Shown piece after piece: positions 48,348-59,406 of a stretch of DNA of 64,000 nt. The stretch covers positions 186,001 through 250,000 of the forward strand of contig NW_003314293.1 in assembly GCF_000143415.4 (NCBI RefSeq), read 5' to 3'. The translations under genes were made by a program, and so were the position numbers. Within the stretch, counting starts at the first letter, position 1. Each line of letters opens with the position of its first letter. This stretch comes from Selaginella moellendorffii (Eukaryota; Plantae; Lycopodiophyta). The notes under the pieces were generated by a model. The model did not search any database. It was not told the DNA's origin and was given only the letters and a program-made list of their open reading frames with translations.

Positions 48348-51300
48348 TGTGAGGTCCAAGTGTATGGCAACAATGCTATATACTAATATTAGCGTAGTGA
48401 GATTTTGGTAGCCGTCAGATTGGTTTCAATCCAGACCACTCACTCCTGTATATAAAATAAGGTTTTTGGACTAATTGATATGCACATTTCCTATATTCCT
48501 TTTCCATACTCCATGCACTCATATTGATGGAAGTGAGGGGCAACTTTAATTGTCCTTAAGGAGTGCTTGGATTTGAAATTTTGGTTTAGATTTAGCTTTT
48601 GCATTGTTTAAAATTTATTTTTTTCCATTTTCTTTCTTTTATTCTTTCCTTTTAAGATTTTGGTTTAAATTTAGCTTTTGTATTGTCTAATCTCTCTTTC
48701 CCTCTAGCTCTTTTTATTTTTTCATTTCTCTTCTTTTGCTCTTTTTTTTTCATTCATCTTCATGGCATAGTAATAATTTCCTTTTCCTTTGACTCTAAAG
48801 TAGCAATTGGTGCAATTGCTTAATGCTATGCGATTGCAATTGAATAACCAAACTCAATTAATGGCAGCATTTACAGCACGTAGTATAGTTCATCTTGCTC
48901 TTCGTGCCAATTTTCACGTTTGGCCAAAGTTCTTTTATGAGAATCCTAAGGATGATGTGTACTATTGGTTCAATCACTTCACAATGATTGCCACATATCA
49001 TTCTTGGGATGATGCTTGATGTTTGCATGAATTTCCCATGTGTTTCTAAGAGACGACACTACAGTGGTACAATGGTTTGAATGTAACCACTCATGGGGAT
49101 TGGAATGTTCTCTTAGACATTTTCAAATATGTATTCGGACATGCCGACAATTGTGATAATGCCTTTCAATAATTGTATTGTCTTCGTCAAGGGCCATTTG
49201 AGTCAGTGATGCAATTTGGCATTTGTTTTTAAAGCTTTTTGCTTCGTGTAGAGCCAAATATATCGGAGCAAATCAAGCTAGGAATGTTACGTCGCTTCTT
49301 CCACTTCTCGCTATACATCCTTCAACTCCACTTCCTACAGTTCTAATGGAGGTTGATGCTGTTGTTGCTCGAGTCCAGGGACAAGGGCAAGGATGTGGTT
49401 GTGGCTATGATGTTCACTATTAGGCATGTGATAAATTAGTCACACTTATCGGCATTATTAGCATTTTCTAGATTGGCAGCCTCCATTTCTTAGATGGAAA
49501 CCTTGGCGTCAACAATGTCTTGTTGGTGCTGTTACGGTGGAAGGTTTGGACACCGAGATGCATCCGAAAAATGAAAAGTCATGCGAATAATGGAGGGACC
49601 TTGCGCAAATAAGTCAATGACCCTTCCATTTTTCTTTCAGGAGTATCATTAAGGCATTCACTTGGCATTAGTTCATTCAATGTTTACTTTCTAAGTTTGT
49701 TTTTATAATAAAAGATCTCCTTGGTTGATACAAATTTGAGTTTATCTTTTATTGCTTGACCTGTTACCACATGTTGCCGTTTACTCTTGCGTCATGTGGT
49801 AGAGTCAATTTTCATTCTTTATAACAACGGCCATACACATGTATATGCACGGGATGAGGTATATTTAGTTGTGTGTGTGGGCAATCTTGAGCTTGGATTG
49901 TAGTCATTGTGAGTGGTGCTGAGTCAAGCTTTTGACCTCATCCTTGGTATAGATTGATTGCAGCACAATTATGCCAAGTGTGATTTTGAGACTTCTCCCC
50001 TTTGTCTCATACTTCCTTATATTTTATCCATTCCTCTCATTTCCATACCTTTTTGTCCTTTTGTTTCTACCTCTACTTCCATTATTTTTGTTTCCCTATT
50101 ACTTCTTCCTATATTTCTATCTTGTTCTACACTTTCCTTTTCCAATCCCTTAGATGGTCTTTGTGTTGTAACGGTTGACCAGCTCATGAGGAAGTATGCC
50201 TATCTCTTTGAATTTGATTTATCATCTAGGGCTAAGATTGCCAAATGTCATTCGATTCCAACTGGGGATGCTGGTCCAATCAAAGTTTATGTTCATCATT
50301 GGTCACCCAAAGAGATCAAGGTTTTACATGCAAATGTCAATGAGATGTTGAAAAAGGGTGTTATTCGAAAGTCACAAAGTCCTTGGGCATGTGAACCTTA
50401 TCTTGTGACAAAGTTTGATGGGAGTCTTCGTTTTTGCATCAACTATCATCCATTAAACAAAGTGACGATCCTGGATGTGTATGTTCTTCCTCACATTACT
50501 GATCTTTTGGATCATTTAGGGAGAAGTCGTTGATTCACCAAGTTAGATCTTACTTCTGGGTACTAGCAAGTACCAATGGCTAAAGAAGATATTTCTAAAA
50601 TTGCTTTTCTTACATCGTTTGGTTTGTACAAGTTTTTAGTGATGCCGTTTGGTTTGAATAATGCTCTAATGACTTCCAGCAGATGATAAACAAGGTTCTT
50701 TGCAATATGCCAGAGGTGATTGGTTACTTCATTGATAATGTTTTGATTCACTCGAAAGGACCTGGGAGGAACATATTTATGATGTTTGTAAATTGTTGGA
50801 TCGGCTATAAGACATTGGTTTAAAGTTGAAGTGGTCGAAGTGCATGTTTGGGTCTAAGGACACGATTTATTTTGGGTACCAAATTTCTCGTGAGGGTTTG
50901 CAAGTTAATCATGACAAACTTGTAGCTGTTCTAAAGTTCCCTAGTCTGAAGTATATGAATGATGTGCAGCGCTTCCTAAGCAAGGTGCAGTACCTCAGTC
51001 ATTTTGTGAATTATCTTTCTGATCGCACTGCATTATTGCGAGCATTGTTGAAGCCATCAATATAATTTTTCATTTGGTCTCTAAATTGTGAGTGGGCATT
51101 CATAGATCTTAAAGAGCTATTAATGACTCCTCTGGTTTTGGCATATCCTGACTACACTTGACCTTTCATTTTGCGCGTGGATGCTTCTGATATTAGTCTT
51201 GGAAGTGTGTTGATGCAAGAGAGCCCGATTATGCCTGGTCAGTGCCATCCCATTAAGTATATAAGCTGTACATTACAACTAGTAGAGGTAAACTATTCCA

Positions 51301-53797
51301 CGATAGAGAAGGAGTGTTTAGTAGCAGTTTGGGGTTTTAAAAAACTTCATGCATATCTACATGGTTTTTAGACATTACTAAAAGGTGATCATGCTACTAT
51401 TACTTCATTATTGAGTGGAAGAACTTAATTGGTCATATTATTCAGTGTGCTTTGAAATTTCAAATATATGATTTTGATGTTGTTTATCACCCGGGGAATT
51501 CTATAATTGATGTTGATGCCCTTTCTTGAACTCCTCTTCGTTTTTCACTCTTTTATCATATTTCTAATGAGCTTGTTGTTTTAGCATTTGTGGATTTTCT
51601 AAACAAAGATTTTATGTTGTCAGTGGCTGCTATACTTAATGTTTAGTGTTCATAAGGTGTAGAGCAAGATCTACCTTCTTTTGACAAAGTTTACGAGGCT
51701 CAAAAGATTGAGTCATGGATTCAAAGGCTTCAAAATGGCTATTAAAGAGCTATTAATGACTCCTTTGGTTTGGCATATCCTGATTACTCTTGACCTTTCA
51801 TTTTGCACATGGATACTTTTGATATTGGTCTTAGAGGTGTGTTGATGCAAAAGAGCCTAAGTGTGCCTGATTAGCACTATCCCATTTCATATATCAACTT
51901 TACATTACAACTAATGGAGGTGAACTACTTCACAATAGAGGAGTGTTAGCAATAGTTTAGGGTTTTGAAAAACTTCATGCATCTACATAGTTCTTAAACA
52001 TTACTAAAATGTGATCATGTTGTAGTTACTTCCTTATTGAAGTGGAAGGACTTAGTTGGTCATATGACTTGGTAAGTTTTGAAGTTTCAAATATATGATT
52101 TTAATGTTGTTTATCACCTGGGGAGTTCTATAGTAGATACTGATGCTGTTTCTCAAGCTCCTCTTTCTTCTCCACTCTCTTCTTATGTTTTTAATGAGCC
52201 TATTATTCCAGTATTTGTGGAATTTTTGGATAAGGATTTCATGCTGATGGTGATTATTGTACTTGATGTTCAATATCCATAAAGTGTAGAGCAAGATTTA
52301 CCTTTTTTTAACAAGGTTTATGAGGCTTAAAAGATTGACTTGTGGATTTGATGGCTTTGCGATGGGTTTGAGAATTCTATATTATTTGTTAATGACTTGA
52401 TATTTTGGCATTTACATTTTCAATATCACCTTAAGGATGGTCTTTTTTATTTTGTAGGGATAGATCTTGATTATCATTTACAACTGATGGTGTTTTTGAT
52501 CTTTATTCCACACTTTTTCCATGCTTACCATGATTTTCTTATTCTAAGTAGGCATATAGGACATCATTATATGACTAAGAAACTGCACAAGTTTTTTTAT
52601 TAGCCAAAGATGCAATATGATGTTATTCAGTATATGTATAGCTGCATTTGGTGCCAAACTGGTAATACTCCCCTTCGTGCTGTAAAAGGATAATTGGAGT
52701 CAATTACAATTTCCCGTCTATTTGAGTTGGTGGCATTTGGGACATTTTCCACGATCGACTGTTGCCAATGAGTATGTTATTATTGCTTCTAATTACTTGA
52801 CTTATTAGGTGGAAGTTGATGCTCTTACTAGCACTTTTACAACTACTGTTGGATACTTCCTCCTCAATTGAGTGGTGTTTCAGCAATCTTGTTCGGAGCA
52901 GATTCTTTCGGATAATGGTCCTACATTTATGGCTAAGGCATTTTATGTTTTGACATCTTAGTTGGGGATATGCCACACTTTCATGAGTGTTTATCATCCA
53001 CAGTTAGAGAATTTGGTGGAACGGCTCGTTTGGATATTCAAAAGGATGATGTGAATTTTCAATATTCGGATTGGGATGGTTATTTGTCGTCTTTTCAATA
53101 TATATATATCATAGGTGTGTAGAGTCCTATTGGTGCTTCACCATATAAACTTCTATATGGTCATGATCCAATATTACTAATGGAATTGGGTTTATCTTTG
53201 TGATTGCCACAAGCTGTTGATGCTAGATCGTGGAATTAGTATTTGATGAGCATTCTTCTATTAATCTAAGTAGTGTTTACAAAACATCTAGGTTGCATAT
53301 AAGTAGGACAACAATAACATTACAACTCCTGTCATCATCCATTTGCAAAGTATAAAGTGGATGATTTAGTGTTAGTCTATTTTCTCCATCTTATGGTACA
53401 TGGTTTATTTAAGGGGTTCCTTGCTTAATGGAAAGGACTGTATCGAGTGTTGCGGCAAGTTAGATCATAAGTTTATGAAGTTCGACATAACATACAATAG
53501 GCCAATCCTCTAAAAATTATGCATATGCAATAGTTAAAACATTTCATACAAAGGAATTAAAAACACTTAATACCACCTATAGATCCATCGATACCTCTTC
53601 TTGATGTTCCTCTAGATCTTGGCTCATCTATAAGAAAACCTTAATGGTCCTACATTATTTTGAGTGGAAGGGATGATGTAAGGTCCAAATGTATGGCTAT
53701 GATACCATATATTAATATTAGTATGTGAGATTTTAGTAATATTAATATATTGGGATTTTAGTATGATTTTAATTTAAACCACTCACTCTTATATATT
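48348..53797 (+). mobile_element. Ty3/Gypsy LTR retrotransposon, decayed (element G3), with duplicated RNase H region
   Basis: LTR starts TGTGAGGTCCAA (48348) and TGTAAGGTCCAA (53677, apparently truncated) after PPT GAGTGGAAGGGATGA; gag, RT (SQSPWA...DGSLRFCINY...LDLTSGY*Q...VMPFGLNNA), RNase H (VDASDISLGSVL...NYSTIEKECL) and integrase (DNGPTF...YHPQ) remnants. Confidence 0.88.
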
Positions 53798-53939
53798 ACT
53801 TTCACTATGTGAATGCATAAAATATGAAAGGGGAATACAAGAAATGTGCTTATCAATTAGCCCAAAAACCTTAGTTTAGTAGCAACCATAAAGGTTCAAA
53901 TATAATCCCTCTTAATACATATATTTGGTACCCACCTGC

Positions 53940-53959
53940 TGACGTGCCTGACACGTGGC
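53940..53959. promoter_or_regulatory. Paired ACGT-core elements (TGACGTG and G-box/ABRE GACACGTGGC) upstream of RRP1
   Basis: tgacgtgcctgacacgtggc about 280 bp upstream of the ATG, plus a telo-box-like TAGGGTT at ~54213; function inferred only. Confidence 0.35.
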
Positions 53960-54236
53960 GCGCACACGAGATTCTGATCGAGAAATTTGGCTATGGCTTC
54001 CAGTGGCGCTTTGTGCTCCGTTTAAATCTGGCCCTTGGCGGCGCTCTGGCCGCCTGCCCGTGCGCGGCGAGTGATGTGAGGCGATGCAATAGCGCTTGCC
54101 GGGCTTCGCGCAACAAGAGATAGTAGCTGGTGCTTCCTAGGTCTCGTGGGTCTGCGCGATCCCTTTCTTTTCTCTCTTTCTTCTCGCGGCTCTAAGTGGA
54201 TTTCCAGGACACTAGGGTTGCGATCGATCGCTGGGC

Positions 54237-55958
54237 ATGGCAGCCGATGTTCTTGGTGGAGGTATTCTCGATTTGGGCGATCGCGGCTGGGCAGCTCAAG
54301 CTCCTCCACTGTCACACTCACAGGTAGGCAAGGTAGGCTGTAGCCAGGAAGTGGAAAAAGTAGTGGATGGCGCCATTGAAAAAATTTGGAGGGTGGAAGA
54401 TCGCGATCAAACTCCAGACTCTTCGCGGGAAGAGCCAAAACTAGATCCAGAGAACCAAGCACAGGTTGATTTTACCAGTGAACAGTCGCTGCTAGAGATT
54501 TCTTTGCCGAGGAACCTCTCGTCCCCGGACAAGGCTGTGAGGACCAAGGCTCTGGAAGCTCTTGGAAAATGGCTGGCTTCGTGCTCCATGGTGGAGGAGC
54601 GGTGCCTCGTTAGGATCTGGCAGAGCATTTTCTATTGCATCTGGTCGACGTCCAAGGCCTTGGAACAGGGTGAGCTGATAAGAAACGTAGCGACCATCGT
54701 CGGGAGCTTGAGTCCGGACGTGGCCATCCTCGCGTTCAAGGTGCTGCTCTCGACCATGATCGTGGAATGGAGCGGCATCGAGAAAAAGAAGCTGGAGAAG
54801 TTCCGGCTGCTGCTCCAGATCTGCTTGAGCCAGATGTTTGAGGTGCTGGAGAGTCACGGCTGGAGCGAAGAACTCATCTCCAAGTTCTCCGAGGCTTTTG
54901 GCGAGCGGAGCTTGATGGAGAGCCAGGCACAGGGCGTCAATCTCTTCTTGGCGCAGGCTTTCGTGGAGGAGCTGCGCAGCCGCATCCCTCCATCGTCGGA
55001 GGTGCTGAGGATCCTCCTCGAGCCATTCGTCGCGGTGTTTGCAACGTCCACGGACAAGACGGTGCTCCAGAGGGTGAGAGACACGGTTTTCCTACAGCTC
55101 CTCCAGGAGGCTCGCAAAACAGTGAAGGTAGAGAATGGTGGCGAGGAGTCAAAGAAGTGCCTGGGATCTCTTGTCCTCGGTCTTCCACTCGCGGGGAAGT
55201 TCTTTGAGCTCTCGGCGGAGCCATCGTTGGGGGCGATCAACAAGAAGTTCCTCCAGCAGCTCTGCGAAGACTTTAGCAGATCGGAGGGAGGCGTCTCCTC
55301 GCCGGCGATGGGGATGCTCAAGCCGGCCGTGACTCCGCCACCAAAGGTGGTGGTGGCGGAGGAGCTGGCGGAGCCGGCAAGCCTTTCCGTGAATGGAAGG
55401 AAGCGGAAGAGGATCACCGGCGAGGCGGTAGTGTTCCAGTCGCGAAGAGTCCTGAGAAGCGAGTTAAAGCTTGCGCTCCAGAGCAGCGACAGCGATCCAG
55501 AGGACAGCCCAAGGAGTAGTCCGAGGAGGAGCCCGAGACGATCGCGGAGCCCGAGCCCGAGCTTAAGTCCGAGACGAGCGTCACCCAGGAGGAGAGGCGG
55601 CAGCGACGAGCAGCCCGCACAGTCGGAGAAGGAGGTGGAATCGACGTCGGTGTCGGGCGACGAAGATCTAAGCAGTGGAGGAGGAAAGAAGGTCCGGTTT
55701 GCGCTCAAGAACAATCTCGTGTGGTCTCCACGGCGGCCTCTCCCGCCGGCGTGGGTGAGAGTTCCTCCGTGTGCCGCGCCGCGAGGAAGCGCCATGAAGC
55801 CGGGCGTTCTTCCAGGTCCCATTGCCGATCCTCCTCCGCCCAAGCAGAGGAGGACGAAGGAGAGGAAGCACAGGGGCAAGAAGAAGGCGCCGGGGGTGGG
55901 ACCGCCATCGCCATCGTCGTCCGGGAAGAAATCGAAGAAAGCGAGGAAACGGGCGTGA
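54237..55958 (+). CDS. RRP1: Ribosomal RNA processing protein 1 / Nop52 family nucleolar protein (intronless)
   Basis: Nop52 domain LSSPDKAVRTKAL...RIWQSIFYCIW...EWSGIEKKKLEKF; C-terminal KKVRFALKNNLVW...PLPP...PRGSAMKPG (RVxF PP1 docking) and a Lys-rich tail. Confidence 0.85.
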   Translation: MAADVLGGGILDLGDRGWAAQAPPLSHSQVGKVGCSQEVEKVVDGAIEKIWRVEDRDQTPDSSREEPKLDPENQAQVDFTSEQSLLEISLPRNLSSPDKAVRTKALEALGKWLASCSMVEERCLVRIWQSIFYCIWSTSKALEQGELIRNVATIVGSLSPDVAILAFKVLLSTMIVEWSGIEKKKLEKFRLLLQICLSQMFEVLESHGWSEELISKFSEAFGERSLMESQAQGVNLFLAQAFVEELRSRIPPSSEVLRILLEPFVAVFATSTDKTVLQRVRDTVFLQLLQEARKTVKVENGGEESKKCLGSLVLGLPLAGKFFELSAEPSLGAINKKFLQQLCEDFSRSEGGVSSPAMGMLKPAVTPPPKVVVAEELAEPASLSVNGRKRKRITGEAVVFQSRRVLRSELKLALQSSDSDPEDSPRSSPRRSPRRSRSPSPSLSPRRASPRRRGGSDEQPAQSEKEVESTSVSGDEDLSSGGGKKVRFALKNNLVWSPRRPLPPAWVRVPPCAAPRGSAMKPGVLPGPIADPPPPKQRRTKERKHRGKKKAPGVGPPSPSSSGKKSKKARKRA

Positions 55959-56686
55959 GCTTTGTTATATGTTTTGTACATTCGAATGAAGAACCCTAAA
56001 ACACGAATTCAAATGTTAGGGCTGACGTGAACGCTATAAAAACAGAATTTGAAGATTTTTTATCGGGAGGATTTCTTGAGGCGGAAGAAGAGGCGATTCG
56101 CGATACCAGTGCCCGCGCAGCGCACGCAGCTGATCTTTCCCCGGCCTTGGCATAGCGAGCACTTCTCGAGCGGCGATCCAGTGAAGAGCCCACCTGAAAA
56201 TCAACGCTTGAGAGATTTGCAATTCGAGTTTTGCGCGAGCCTGCCTTGTTTGCCGCGGGCCTTGCACATTAGGCAGAGCTGCAATCGCCAATTCAACACA
56301 AGGAGAATCAAATCCCAGTCGAACAAGAAAAAGGAGAAGATCACTCAACATTGTAGCCAGTTCCCAAACATTCCTTGCATTTCTTGGGTTTAATTCGCAC
56401 CTAGGTAGAAAGCAAGAGAACTCAATGGGAACAAAGGAATCCCCTGGCACGAACCATCGATAGGAGCCATCGCGGATTTCTTGCTAGCGTTGTGGCCGCG
56501 AATTGCAATGCAAAGATGGTCGCCATGACCGCCCATCCCGGATCATCCATCCCCTGTTCTAAACTTTAGGCTTCTAGCATTGTAATTCATGTTTTGGCCG
56601 GATCGATTACGCAAAACTCTTCGAAGTTTATCCTGCTCGATCGATTCTTGCTTTGTTCTTGCCTGGATTGAAGTTCTTCGATTCAC

Positions 56687-58303
56687 TCACGGCTCTAACA
56701 ATTGCATCCCAGTATCTGGGAGATCCGGGCAAGCCATGGCGCCGCCACCACTCTCTCTCGCACTCAAGCTAAATCCATCCTCCCGGCACGACAGCTTCTT
56801 CGATGGCGCAAAGTGGAAGCAAGGATCACTGGAAACGCTGGGCCAGCAAGGATCATCCCGCCAAGGCTTGAGGAAGTACGGAGTTAATCCCGCCAGGCCC
56901 TGGGCCGTATAGCCAAACGTGGACATGTGACTCGTCAGCAACACGTCAGCAAGGCTCAGCGACCAAATGTCCACGAGGGCCCTCTGCTGGTGGTCCACGT
57001 CATCGCGCTGCTCCTCGTCAGCACCCAGCGTCACGAGCTCGAATCTCTGCCCCGTCTGGGACTCCACGTCGCGCAGGCTCGCGTTGAGCTTGGCGGCGTG
57101 CTCGCCCACCAGGGACGCGACGTAGACCGCGATGTAATCGTCGCTGGCGATGGATTTGTTCTTGGATTCCAGGAACTCGTCGATCTCGATCGGGCAGAGG
57201 CCGGATTTGGATCGAATGCAGCGCGGCACCGATGCGTCGTAGTAGTCGCGGTAGTCGCCCTTGGATTCGCGGAGCTGGACCGCGATTCTTCTCGATGCGC
57301 CTCGGAATTTCACGCTGTGGAGCGACTGGATGGATCCCCAGACCTCGTCGCTAGGGTTGAGCAGGAAGCCGGCTAGATTGTGGAAGACACGGCGCTCCGG
57401 GAAGATCGCCTCGAGGATTGGGCGCAGGGATGGATTGAGGAAGAATCCCGCCGCGAAGTACTGGTTGCTGTTCCGGAAATTCAAGACTGGGATGTTCCTG
57501 ACCGATGCCATGGCGGACGGGCAGACGAGGAATCGGTGTTCTTCCGGCTTGGTGTTGGCGGAGAAGACGATCGGGAGGACGGGCTGGGAGCGGCACACGT
57601 CGGATCGAGAGAGGTGGCCGCGGCAGCGCGCATAGAAATCCGGGAAAGAGATGGATTGATCGTCCTTGAGGGAGAGGCCGCGCGGGAGCTTCCAGTGTGA
57701 ATCGATGAAGGGCTCGCAGAAGAGGCGATCCCAGGAGGGAGATTCTTCGAGGAGGAGGACCCGCTGGGAGAGGATCGCGTAGAGGAATGTGGAGACGAGG
57801 GACATGAGCTTGTTGCCCAGGCCGAAGGTACAGCTCCACACGATGTAGCGGCACTGGCTGGGATTCGTGATCTTGGCGGTGTTCTTGGCGATGATGTGGT
57901 GGAGATTGTCGTGGTCGCGCGCGACGCAGGCGCTGTGCATTGTCGAGTAGCGATCGAGCAGCGCCTGGAGCGCCGGCGATCGATCCGTCGCGTACCTATG
58001 AAGCGATGCTCCATTCTCACTCTTGAATTTGCAAGAATTCCTTGGAGGAGGATCGCGATTCTTGGGCGCGGCCAGGATTTTGAGCTGCTCGTCCATGGCC
58101 GCGAGGATTTTGCACACGCCGCCCTCGCCCGGGCTGGCGACTGTGGCGCATGATCTCAATCCTCGCCGGAGCTGCTCTGGAAATGTGGCGTCCAGGGATT
58201 TGCTCCAGTTTTTGGCGCTCGAATTCCGCGAATTCGCTGCATCGCAGGGCGAGAAGACGAGAATTCCAATGAATACTGGCAGCCAGAATTTCTTGAGATC
58301 CAT
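56687..58303 (-). CDS. FUT: Xyloglucan/galactoside 2-alpha-L-fucosyltransferase (GT37), intronless
   Basis: N-terminal hydrophobic anchor; CRYIVW...GLGNKLMSLVSTFLYAILSQRVLL, LFCEPF, SNQYF, VQLR, ALVDIWSLSLADVLLTSHMSTFGYTAQGLAGL, PCFH. Confidence 0.92.
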   Translation of the reverse strand: MDLKKFWLPVFIGILVFSPCDAANSRNSSAKNWSKSLDATFPEQLRRGLRSCATVASPGEGGVCKILAAMDEQLKILAAPKNRDPPPRNSCKFKSENGASLHRYATDRSPALQALLDRYSTMHSACVARDHDNLHHIIAKNTAKITNPSQCRYIVWSCTFGLGNKLMSLVSTFLYAILSQRVLLLEESPSWDRLFCEPFIDSHWKLPRGLSLKDDQSISFPDFYARCRGHLSRSDVCRSQPVLPIVFSANTKPEEHRFLVCPSAMASVRNIPVLNFRNSNQYFAAGFFLNPSLRPILEAIFPERRVFHNLAGFLLNPSDEVWGSIQSLHSVKFRGASRRIAVQLRESKGDYRDYYDASVPRCIRSKSGLCPIEIDEFLESKNKSIASDDYIAVYVASLVGEHAAKLNASLRDVESQTGQRFELVTLGADEEQRDDVDHQQRALVDIWSLSLADVLLTSHMSTFGYTAQGLAGLTPYFLKPWRDDPCWPSVSSDPCFHFAPSKKLSCREDGFSLSARESGGGAMACPDLPDTGMQLLEP

Positions 58304-59406
58304 GAGAGGGGAAAGAACACTTTTTTTCTACTAGTGTCGGCTGTCAAGAAATTTTAGGAGTGCCAAGAATGATAATCCCTCACCCTCTAACTGTCCCACC
58401 AAGTGATTCATGTGATCCAAATAATTATAAATTCTTTGGCATATCCTTATTTTGCTTAACTTTAATTTTTTAGGGTTTATGCATGCTTTGGACAAAAAAG
58501 TTTTAGTCAATGCAAAACGAAGTCAATGACAATAAAGACTTCCGTTGACTACCATTGCCTTTGAGCTCAACTCATTAAGTTGGGCTCAATTTTGCCGAAC
58601 AAGTCTTTGAAAGCAAAGCACAAAACTAGTTTGGAACTGGTCAACTTACAAATGTGCCTGCTACACTGCTAGCCTCCATCTTCCTTTGGCCCGTCTACGC
58701 CTGATAATCCGTCTCCCCGCTGGAGTCCTCATCCTGCGCCAAACAAAACTTGGCTTTGATCCGCGAGAAAGTGACTGGGTACTTCACTCACCTCACGAGA
58801 AATCCATGAGTCCTTTTCCGCTTCTTGTTGTTTGGCTGATAAGTCCTCTTGGGCATCATGATCATCGAGCTAGGAATGACAAATCCGAAAAGAAAAAGAG
58901 ATTCTCAAACTAAAACCGAAGAGAAAGAACAGCGATTACCTCTCGTCGGCATCCAAGATCTCGGGGCATTTCACTGTCACATTCCAGGCCTATAGTCTCT
59001 ACAATGCAAGTAATTCTTGAAGCGTACCCTCATCGTGAGCTGACCATGGCGCTGGACCGTTTGCAGGCCAGGGCAAAGGCAATCCCACGGGAATCAACAG
59101 AGCTAGGTCGTCGGATGGAGCTCCAAACCCCTGCATTGCATTCCACGGCGCGTCTGGACTTTGGCGCCCTTGCACTGCCCTCCACACCTGATGATCCTCA
59201 CACAATGCCGCCCAGCGCCGCCCAAGAATCTGCCCGCCGCTCCGCCAGGGCGCCGCGCGATTCATCACTTGCCGCCAGGCCATTCTTTCCCCTATTTTAG
59301 GGTTCTTGGAATTCTATTTGATGCAAAGATCCGTTTCTTCTTTAACTTATGTACTTTAATTTTTTAGTATATTCTGTTACCCTTTAGGGTTTATGATCTT
59401 CTAGGC

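Noticed and set aside
54854-55981. 375-aa antisense ORF over RRP1, and similar overlapping ORFs over FUT, the dioxygenase and CNGC
   Set aside because: Expected shadow ORFs of GC-rich coding sequence; no independent motifs
59004-59300. 98-aa ORF upstream of ZFYVE26
   Set aside because: No recognisable family; probably GC-rich promoter/5'UTR sequence (a uORF cannot be excluded)
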